A stretch of 64,000 nucleotides of DNA from a virus. The position numbers and the translations under genes are program-made. Below, one piece after another: positions 56,772 to 64,000 of this stretch (within the stretch, counting starts at the first letter, position 1; the number at the start of each line of letters is the position of its first letter). The notes beneath the pieces were generated by a model. It was not told where the DNA came from and did not search any database. It saw nothing but the letters and a program-made list of their open reading frames with translations. The stretch covers positions 4,723 to 68,722 of IMG/VR virus record IMGVR_UViG_3300042453_002197. One strand, given 5' to 3'.

Positions 56772-59700
56772 TTAAGATTTTAGTGCATGCGTAAAACTGT
56801 TACCCATACTCGCACTTAACATTGTCCAACTACTAGATCCTACTTGCGTTGGACTAGACCTATTAATAGTGTTATTTAATCCTAATTGTCCTTTACTGCC
56901 ATCACCCCAAGCAAACAATTTATAGTCTGATCTAATGGCAGCACTCATACTACTACCAGTGCTTACTGTTGTCCAACTACTGACACCTATTTGTACTGGA
57001 CTTGATCTATTTAAAGTTGTTCCATCTCCTAGTCTGCCACTTGAACCTACTCCCCATGCAAATAATTTGTAGTCTGATCTTATAGCTAAAGAATGATAAC
57101 CGCTAGAACTAATACTAATCCAATTGCTTGTACCAATTTGAGTAGGACTACTTCTAGATAGAGTATCATTTAATCCTAATCTACCAGAAGTCCCTAATCC
57201 CCATGTAAACAATGCGCCATCACTTCTTATTGCTGAAGTAAATGACTCACCGATACTAACAGTGGTCCAACTACTTGAACCGACCTGAATTGGACTGTTA
57301 AAATCACTAATATTATTTCCTACTAATGCTGGACTACTTCTGTCTATAGTTTCATTAATTCCTAGACCCAATCTTCCACTTGTACTAGCACCCCAAGTGA
57401 ATAACAAATTGTCAGAACTAATCGCAGCAGTATGTACTCCTCCAGCCGAGACACTTGTCCAACTACTTGCGCCTATTTGCGTAGGACTACTTCTATCTAT
57501 GATGTCGTTAACTCCTAATCTGCCAGGGTTTCCAACTCCCCAGGCATATATTGTGCCATCAATTTCTTTTCCAATCGTATGATATCTTCCAGCACTAACA
57601 CTGGCCCAGCTACTAGTACCAATTTGCGTAGGACTACTTCTGTTAATGGTATCACCAACTCCTAATCTACCGCTAGTTCCCGGTCCCCAGGCAAATAATA
57701 TATTATCTGATAATATACCGACGGAGTGTTGATATCCCGCACTAACACTAGTCCAACTACTAGTTCCCACTTGTACGGGACTACTTCTAGTTATTGTGTC
57801 GCCTAATCCTAATCTACCACTAGTTCCAATACCCCACGCAAATAGTGCGCCATCGGTTCTTATGGCCAACGTCTGACTGCCGCCACCAGTAACACTAGTC
57901 CAACTACTAGTTCCCACTTGTGTAGGACTAATTCTATCTAGGGTATCATTTACACCTATTTGACCATTTACATTATCTCCCCAAGTAAATAATATTCCAT
58001 CCTGTCTTATAGCAGCCGTGTGATTTGATCCTGCTGCAACACTGGTCCAACTACTAGTACCAATTTGTATTGGACTGCTTCTATTTGACAGAAGACTTGC
58101 TCCCAATTGTCCGTCCGAATCAGTTCCCCACGTAAATAATATACCGTCCGTTCTAATTGCTGCGGTGTGTGCTCCACCTGCTGCAACACTAGTCCAACTA
58201 CTAGTGCCTATTTGTGTAGGACTACTTCTAGAAATGGTGTCGCCGACTCCTAATCTACCGCCAATGCCTGATCCCCACGTAAATAAATATCCATCATTTC
58301 TTATTGCAGCAGTATGTGCATAACCAGAACTAACACTGGTCCAACTGTATATAATCGTTCCTGTACCTAAAGTCCCAGCCGCTCCTTGTCCCCATGTAAA
58401 TAATTTATAATCCGAATTGATAGCAGCACTATGAAGTGTTCTGGCGGCACTAATAACTCTCCAATCACCTGTGCCGATCTGAACCGGACTTGATCTAGCA
58501 ATAGTATCATCTAAACCTAATTGTCCACCAGCATTCAATCCCCAGCCGAACAATTTATTATCTGATCTTATTGCTAATGTTGCATCATCACCAGCACTTA
58601 CGCTAATCCAACTACTAGCTCCAACCTGTGTTGGACTACTTCTAGGAACACCAGTAGCACCAAGTCCTAAAATATCGGTACTAAGTACATTATCCCCCCA
58701 AACAAATAAAAGGTTGTCTGATCGAATAGCAGCAGTATGAGATTCTCCTGTACTCACCATTTTCCAACTTCTTAATCCAATTTGAACTGGACTGGAAGTA
58801 CTTAATATTGAATTAGTACCAACAGTAAACGGATTACTCCTTAGAAGAGTTGAATTGTTACCAAGTTGGCCGTCGGCACCTTGTCCCCAAGCCAACAATA
58901 GTGACTCTGTGTTAATTGCAACTGTATGTGTACCTCCAGCACTAACACTAGTCCAACTATTAGCTGGAAAAGAAACTACAACTGGACTACTTCTGTTTGT
59001 TGTAGATGTAATTCCTAATCTTCCAGAAGAACCTAAACCCCATGCATATAATTGATTGTCTGATCTAATTGCCATGGAATGATTCATTCCCGCCGAAACA
59101 CTGATCCAACTACTAGTGCCAACTTGAGTAGGGCTGCTTCTAGTAATGGTGTCACCTAAACCTAAACCTAATTGTCCATAAATATTTCTACCCCAAGTAA
59201 ATAATTTGTAATCTGATCTTACTGCTAAACTAAAACCACCACCGGCACTAACACTTATCCAACTACTAATGCCAACTTGAGTAGGACTACTTCTGTCAAG
59301 GGAATCTCCTAAACCTAATCTACCATTAATTCCAGTTCCCCACGTGTAAAGAATATTGTCAGATTTCAACCCAGTAGAATGAGCGTTTATACTTATTGAT
59401 GACCAATTATCTAAACCAACTTGCACTGGGCTAAGAAAATCAACTGCGTTATTACCAACTGAAGTAGGACTACTTCTATCAAAAGTATTATTTATTCCTA
59501 AACCTAAAGCTCCAAAACTACCGTTGCCAAAAGTGTACAATATATTAGCTGAATTAATTGCTGAAGTGTGTATTACACCTGCACTCACACTTGTCCAACT
59601 GCTAGTACCAACTTGAGTAGGACTACTTCTAGTTATTGTGTTGTTTAAACCTAGTCTTCCGCTTGTAGCTAAACCCCACGTAAACAAAGCGCCGTCCGTT

Positions 59701-62231
59701 CTTATTGCTCCTGTATGATTAGGTCCTATGCCTATGGTTGTCCAATCGCTAGTACCAACTTGTGTAGGACTTGATCTAGAAATTACATCTGATAATCCTA
59801 GTTTGCCATTTCCACCATCACCCCACATATATAATTTGTTACTTCTGATTCCACCAGTAAAATTATTACCTGCATCAACTATTATCCAACTATCTGTTCC
59901 CATTTGAACAGGACTACCTACACTTCCAGCAGTATTGCCTACTAAGGTAGGACTACTTCTATTTAAAGTTTCCGCTACTCCTAATCTACCGTTGGCTCCT
60001 GAACCCCATGCATAAAAAATACTGTTATTTAGTGTTGCTAATGAATGAGCATCAGCGGCACTTATTAAAGTCCAACTATTAGTACCAATTTGTGTTGGGC
60101 TACTTCTAGAAATAGTATCGTTGGTACCTAATCTACCACTTGAATTTCTACCCCATGTAAATAATCTGCCATCAGACCTAATACCTAACGCATGATCTAC
60201 ACCTGCACTCACGCTTGTCCAACTACTAGTTCCAACCTGTGTTGGACTACTTCTGTTTGACAGATCAGCTAACGCGGTTGATGAAAGTCCTAATTGTCCT
60301 ATACTGCCTTGTCCCCAAGTATATAATAAACCACTTGAAATAATTCCAGCAGTAAAATATCCTCCAGCACTGATAGTTGTCCAACTACTAGATCCTATTT
60401 GAACTGGACTGCTTCGTGATAACGTATCGCCAAACCCTAGTCTTCCACTTGTTCCTAAACCCCAAGTAAATAATGAACTACCCGATCTTATAGCAGCAGA
60501 ATGGGATCTTCCAGCACTTACGCTAGTCCAACTGCTTGTACCAATTTGAGTTGGACTACTTCTATTTAATGTGTCACCTAGTCCTAATCTGCCGTTTCCA
60601 CCTGCTCCCCAAATAAAAAGTGCACCATCACTTCTAATAGCAGCAGCATGATTAGTTCCCGCTGAAATGCTAATCCAACTACTTGTACCAATTTGAGTTG
60701 GACTACTTCTAAGTATTGTATCGTTTAAGCCTATTCTTCCATTTGTACCACTACCAAAGGCAAACAATGCATTATCTGATCTTAATGCAAAAGTGTTATA
60801 ACCGCCAGCACTAACAGCCAACCAACTACTAGTGCCTATTTGTATAGGACTGCTTCTAGCAATGGTGTCACCGGTGCCTAAACGTCCTGAACTACCTGTT
60901 CCCCAAACAAATAACTTATTATCTGATCTTATAGCAGCACTATGTGTGTAACCGGCACTTATACTTGTCCAACTAAAAATAGGAGTTAAAACACCTAATT
61001 GACCATTTATTCCTTCACCCCAAGAAAAAATTACACCATCTGATCTTTTAGCTAATGAATGATTCTGGCCGCCAGTTACTGCAACCCAACTACTTGTTCC
61101 TAATTGCGTTGGACTTGATCTATTTATAGAATCTCCTAAACCTAATTGTTCTGAGCTATTTGCTCCCCACACAAATAACTGATTATTTGAATTAATTGCC
61201 AGTGAATGTGCTATTCCAGCACTGACACTTATCCAACTGTCTGAACCTATCTGAGTTGGACTGCTTCTATCTACCGTACTAAAAGTAGGTATACCTAATC
61301 TACCACTACTTGATGAACCCCATGTAAAAAGTAAATTATCCGATCTTAACGCTAAAGTATGAAAATCACTTGAACTCACACTAATCCAACTATCATTACC
61401 TATTTGTGTAGGACTACTTCTGTTCAAGGAATCTCCTAAACCTAATCTACCACTAGTACCAGCTCCCCATGAAAAGAGTTTGTTATCTGATCTTATTGCA
61501 GTGGTAAATGATGAGCCAGAGCTTACACTAGTCCAACTATAAATTGTGGAAAGAACTCCCAATCTACCACCGTCACCATAACCCCAAGTAAAAAGTTTAT
61601 TGTTAGAGTTTATAGCAGCAGAAAACTCTGTGCCTGCATCTATACTGATCCAACTGCTTGAACCTAATTGAGTCGGACTACTTCTAGTAACACGATCACC
61701 AAGACCTAGTTGCCCACGTTGACTTATTCCCCACACAAATAACAAATTATCTGAACGAATAGCTAAGGTATAATTATCTCCGGCACTAACGGCCAACCAA
61801 CTACTTGAACCTATTTGAGTTGGACTACTTCTGCTTAATGTATCGCCAGTTCCTAAAACTCCATTATTAAGTCCCCAAGCAAATAATAAATTATCATTTC
61901 TAATCGCTAAGGTATGAGTATCTCCGGCACTAACACTAGTCCAACTATACAGGTCAGTTGTTGCACCTAACTGGCCTAAAGTATTATCTCCCCAAGTCCA
62001 TAAAAAAAGATTTGTAGTTATAGATCCAGCTGCCGCAAATAAGGTGCCTATATCAACACCAATACTTTGAAAGTTAGCTGTGCCGTATGGTGTACCCAAA
62101 GCAGCGTCTGCATAAAAATTACTAATGTCTGAACCACTTATTTGATAACTTACGTCGGCACGTTTAGACGTAGAACCTATAGGTTCAAATAAAGTGTCTA
62201 AATCAACGCCATTAACTGTAAAACCAGCCAT
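56772..62231 (-). CDS. giant RCC1-repeat protein (35 blades, five predicted beta-propellers)
   Basis: ~50-aa repeat SSW.SVSAG..H..AIRSD..LF.WG....G.LG.....RSSP.Q.G. Confidence 0.92.
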   Translation of the reverse strand: MAGFTVNGVDLDTLFEPIGSTSKRADVSYQISGSDISNFYADAALGTPYGTANFQSIGVDIGTLFAAAGSITTNLFLWTWGDNTLGQLGATTDLYSWTSVSAGDTHTLAIRNDNLLFAWGLNNGVLGTGDTLSRSSPTQIGSSSWLAVSAGDNYTLAIRSDNLLFVWGISQRGQLGLGDRVTRSSPTQLGSSSWISIDAGTEFSAAINSNNKLFTWGYGDGGRLGVLSTIYSWTSVSSGSSFTTAIRSDNKLFSWGAGTSGRLGLGDSLNRSSPTQIGNDSWISVSSSDFHTLALRSDNLLFTWGSSSSGRLGIPTFSTVDRSSPTQIGSDSWISVSAGIAHSLAINSNNQLFVWGANSSEQLGLGDSINRSSPTQLGTSSWVAVTGGQNHSLAKRSDGVIFSWGEGINGQLGVLTPIFSWTSISAGYTHSAAIRSDNKLFVWGTGSSGRLGTGDTIARSSPIQIGTSSWLAVSAGGYNTFALRSDNALFAFGSGTNGRIGLNDTILRSSPTQIGTSSWISISAGTNHAAAIRSDGALFIWGAGGNGRLGLGDTLNRSSPTQIGTSSWTSVSAGRSHSAAIRSGSSLFTWGLGTSGRLGFGDTLSRSSPVQIGSSSWTTISAGGYFTAGIISSGLLYTWGQGSIGQLGLSSTALADLSNRSSPTQVGTSSWTSVSAGVDHALGIRSDGRLFTWGRNSSGRLGTNDTISRSSPTQIGTNSWTLISAADAHSLATLNNSIFYAWGSGANGRLGVAETLNRSSPTLVGNTAGSVGSPVQMGTDSWIIVDAGNNFTGGIRSNKLYMWGDGGNGKLGLSDVISRSSPTQVGTSDWTTIGIGPNHTGAIRTDGALFTWGLATSGRLGLNNTITRSSPTQVGTSSWTSVSAGVIHTSAINSANILYTFGNGSFGALGLGINNTFDRSSPTSVGNNAVDFLSPVQVGLDNWSSISINAHSTGLKSDNILYTWGTGINGRLGLGDSLDRSSPTQVGISSWISVSAGGGFSLAVRSDYKLFTWGRNIYGQLGLGLGDTITRSSPTQVGTSSWISVSAGMNHSMAIRSDNQLYAWGLGSSGRLGITSTTNRSSPVVVSFPANSWTSVSAGGTHTVAINTESLLLAWGQGADGQLGNNSTLLRSNPFTVGTNSILSTSSPVQIGLRSWKMVSTGESHTAAIRSDNLLFVWGDNVLSTDILGLGATGVPRSSPTQVGASSWISVSAGDDATLAIRSDNKLFGWGLNAGGQLGLDDTIARSSPVQIGTGDWRVISAARTLHSAAINSDYKLFTWGQGAAGTLGTGTIIYSWTSVSSGYAHTAAIRNDGYLFTWGSGIGGRLGVGDTISRSSPTQIGTSSWTSVAAGGAHTAAIRTDGILFTWGTDSDGQLGASLLSNRSSPIQIGTSSWTSVAAGSNHTAAIRQDGILFTWGDNVNGQIGVNDTLDRISPTQVGTSSWTSVTGGGSQTLAIRTDGALFAWGIGTSGRLGLGDTITRSSPVQVGTSSWTSVSAGYQHSVGILSDNILFAWGPGTSGRLGVGDTINRSSPTQIGTSSWASVSAGRYHTIGKEIDGTIYAWGVGNPGRLGVNDIIDRSSPTQIGASSWTSVSAGGVHTAAISSDNLLFTWGASTSGRLGLGINETIDRSSPALVGNNISDFNSPIQVGSSSWTTVSIGESFTSAIRSDGALFTWGLGTSGRLGLNDTLSRSSPTQIGTSNWISISSSGYHSLAIRSDYKLFAWGVGSSGRLGDGTTLNRSSPVQIGVSSWTTVSTGSSMSAAIRSDYKLFAWGDGSKGQLGLNNTINRSSPTQVGSSSWTMLSASMGNSFTHALKS

Positions 62232-62717
62232 TTATTGTCCTTGATACATTGGCCAAACTACATTTGCTAAATCTTCTTGACTTGTAATATCAGCTAACGC
62301 TTGCATATAATTATCCATATTTTGTAAATCGTCAGTCGTAGGTAAATTTAATCGGACTTGCCTTTCATATCTAGTATATCGCCATTCGAATTCTTTCATT
62401 AGTTCATCACGTTTTTGTCTGACAGGCTGTAATAATTCATCTCTTGACGGCGGTGTATATGGCGGTAATGGTGTTATTTCTCTATGCTCATAAACTTCAC
62501 CATTTTGTACACTGTAAGTTGGAAAATCACTCATTCTATGAGTAGAAGAGTCAAATGCAGTAGTATCTGGTATAATTTTAACAAATCCATTATCACGCAT
62601 ATATGTGGCATTATTTTGACAAAGAATATTAAAATTGTTAATGCCATTCCAAAATTTAGGAATAGAGTAATATACTCCTTTTACCTCATTGTCTACCACA
62701 TTCGCATATACCGTCAT
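62232..62717 (-). CDS. tail fibre assembly chaperone-like protein
   Basis: C-terminal VR.KRD.L...W...Y.QAL.DIT.Q...V.WP. Confidence 0.75.
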   Translation of the reverse strand: MTVYANVVDNEVKGVYYSIPKFWNGINNFNILCQNNATYMRDNGFVKIIPDTTAFDSSTHRMSDFPTYSVQNGEVYEHREITPLPPYTPPSRDELLQPVRQKRDELMKEFEWRYTRYERQVRLNLPTTDDLQNMDNYMQALADITSQEDLANVVWPMYQGQ

Positions 62718-64000
62718 TTTTTACTTTCCTCAATCATTGTTTTAAGATTGTTAATTTGTTGTTGTTGTTCCTTAATAGCCTCTATTAATAATCCAATAAT
62801 ACTATCGTAAGATACAGATTTGATTCCCTTTTCATTTGTTTGAACAACTTCTGGTACAATTTTTTCTATTTCTTGAGCAATAATTCCTATTGATGCTGCC
62901 TTAGTGTCACGCCATGTAAATGATACACCACGAAGATTTAATACTTTTTCTAGTGCATTTTCTAATGTTTGAATATTTTCTTTACTATTTATGTCTGATA
63001 GTGTATTGAAAATTGTTGCATTTAGTGTTCCAGTGTTTGGGTTAAAATAAAATTTAGTGGTAGTAACTTCAGCAGTTTGATTACTTCCTGCGGCAGCAAC
63101 AAATACTGGATAATGTGATGCATTTGTTGTTGTGTCATCAGTTGCATTTATCGTCGTAGATGGTCCAGTTGGTCCCTGAGGTCCTTGTATACCTTGTGGC
63201 CCTTGTATACCCTGAGGTCCCTGCGGTCCTTGTGGCCCTTGTATACCCTGAGGTCCCTGCGGTCCTTGAGTTCCTAATGGTCCAATTGGTCCTTGTGGTC
63301 CTTGTGGTCCTTGTGATCCTAAATTACCCTGCGGCCCTTGTGGTCCCTGTGGTCCCTGTGGGCCCTGCGGTCCTTGTATTCCCTGTGGGCCCTGCGGTCC
63401 TTGTGATCCAGGATTACCCTGTGGTCCTTGTGGACCTTGTGGTCCTTGTGATCCAGGATTACCCTGTGGTCCTTGAGGTCCTTGTATGCCTTGTGGTCCC
63501 TGTGGCCCCTGTGATCCTGTTGGTCCAATTGGGCCCTGAGGTCCCTGAGGTCCCTGTGGTCCTGGATTACCCTGAGGTCCTTGTGGTCCCTGTATACCTT
63601 GCGGTCCCTGTGGCCCTTGTGGCCCTTGTGGCCCTTGTGGCCCTTGTATACCTTGTGGGCCCTGAGGTCCTTGTGGTCCCTGTATACCTTGCGGTCCCTG
63701 TGGCCCTTGTGGCCCTTGTATACCTTGTGGGCCCTGAGGTCCTTGTGGTCCTTGTGGTCCTTGTGGTCCCTGTGGTCCCTGAAGACCTCTTGGTCCTTGT
63801 GGTCCCTGTATACCTTGCGGCCCCTGTGGCCCTTGTGGCCCTTGTATACCTTGTGGGCCCTGAGGTCCTTGTGGTCCTTGTATACCCTGAGGTCCTTGTA
63901 TACCCTGAGGTCCTTGTGGTCCCTGTATACCTTGCGGTCCCTGTGGCCCTTGTGGCCCTTGTATACCTTGTGGGCCCTGAGGTCCTTGTGGTCCTTGTGG
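62714..64000 (-). CDS. collagen-like fibre protein with C-terminal peptidase S74 chaperone domain (5' end outside window)
   Basis: Not in the ORF track; manual translation gives Gly-X-Y repeats then SDINSKENI...LRGVSFTW...GIIAQE.E...PEVV...[14 protein letters not shown]; stop at 62714. Confidence 0.92.
   Translation of the reverse strand, partial: PQGPQGPQGPQGIQGPQGPQGPQGIQGPQGPQGIQGPQGIQGPQGPQGPQGIQGPQGPQGPQGIQGPQGPRGLQGPQGPQGPQGPQGPQGPQGIQGPQGPQGPQGIQGPQGPQGPQGIQGPQGPQGPQGPQGPQGIQGPQGPQGNPGPQGPQGPQGPIGPTGSQGPQGPQGIQGPQGPQGNPGSQGPQGPQGPQGNPGSQGPQGPQGIQGPQGPQGPQGPQGPQGNLGSQGPQGPQGPIGPLGTQGPQGPQGIQGPQGPQGPQGIQGPQGIQGPQGPTGPSTTINATDDTTTNASHYPVFVAAAGSNQTAEVTTTKFYFNPNTGTLNATIFNTLSDINSKENIQTLENALEKVLNLRGVSFTWRDTKAASIGIIAQEIEKIVPEVVQTNEKGIKSVSYDSIIGLLIEAIKEQQQQINNLKTMIEESKK
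63161..64000 (-). repeat. 9-nt-period collagen repeat (GPQ, GIQ, some GSQ/GNP)
   Basis: About 90 Gly-X-Y triplets, GC-rich relative to the rest of the window. Confidence 0.95.

Noticed and set aside
56772-62231. Regular ~150-nt DNA repeats resembling a CRISPR array or DGR
   Set aside because: Repeats are degenerate at wobble positions and lie within one ORF; no cas or reverse transcriptase gene and no adenine-specific variant pair seen.
7621-62810. Many 60-120 aa ORFs antisense to long genes
   Set aside because: Fully nested opposite well-supported genes, with no motifs or RBS.
63319-63528. 69-aa DHR/DHK repeat ORF
   Set aside because: Alternative frame of the collagen repeat.
1-64000. Stop-codon reassignment as seen in some large phages
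   Set aside because: Standard code gives full-length, densely packed genes ending in TAA, TAG and TGA; the only break is the single frameshift at 9401-9404.

Overview
A 64-kb AT-rich segment of a large T4-like (myovirus, probably jumbo) bacteriophage, mostly on the minus strand. In order: four tRNA genes preceded by a structured non-coding region and a leader-peptide/terminator element (1-1.45 kb); an accessory cluster of Fe/2OG-oxygenase-like, radical SAM and sulfotransferase-like genes (1.5-7 kb); recombination genes (UvsY-like, UvsX, gp32); packaging, head, neck and tail genes (terminases, gp4, tail tube, sheath, gp13/14/15) with two free-standing HNH endonucleases; a ~21.5-kb nucleotide-sugar, glycosyl-, methyl-, sulfo-transferase and hydroxylase cluster (35.2-56.7 kb); a 1819-aa RCC1-repeat protein; a tail-fibre chaperone; and the 3' part of a collagen-like fibre with an S74 autocleaving chaperone domain. 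Main unexplained signals: (1) the 35 RCC1 blades parse exactly into five 7-bladed propellers nested inside one another as a branched tree; (2) a 43-codon codon-diverse leader ORF whose last codons form an antiterminator, upstream of a pseudoknotted RNA and the tRNAs; (3) both HNH genes are flanked by recoded duplicates of the gene end they interrupted; (4) an exact 20-nt in-frame repeat (QGVAEG) bracketing a module in a head protein; (5) a probable virion glycosylation/heptosylation system beside the fibre genes. All product calls come from motif recognition by eye; no database searches or folding programs were run.
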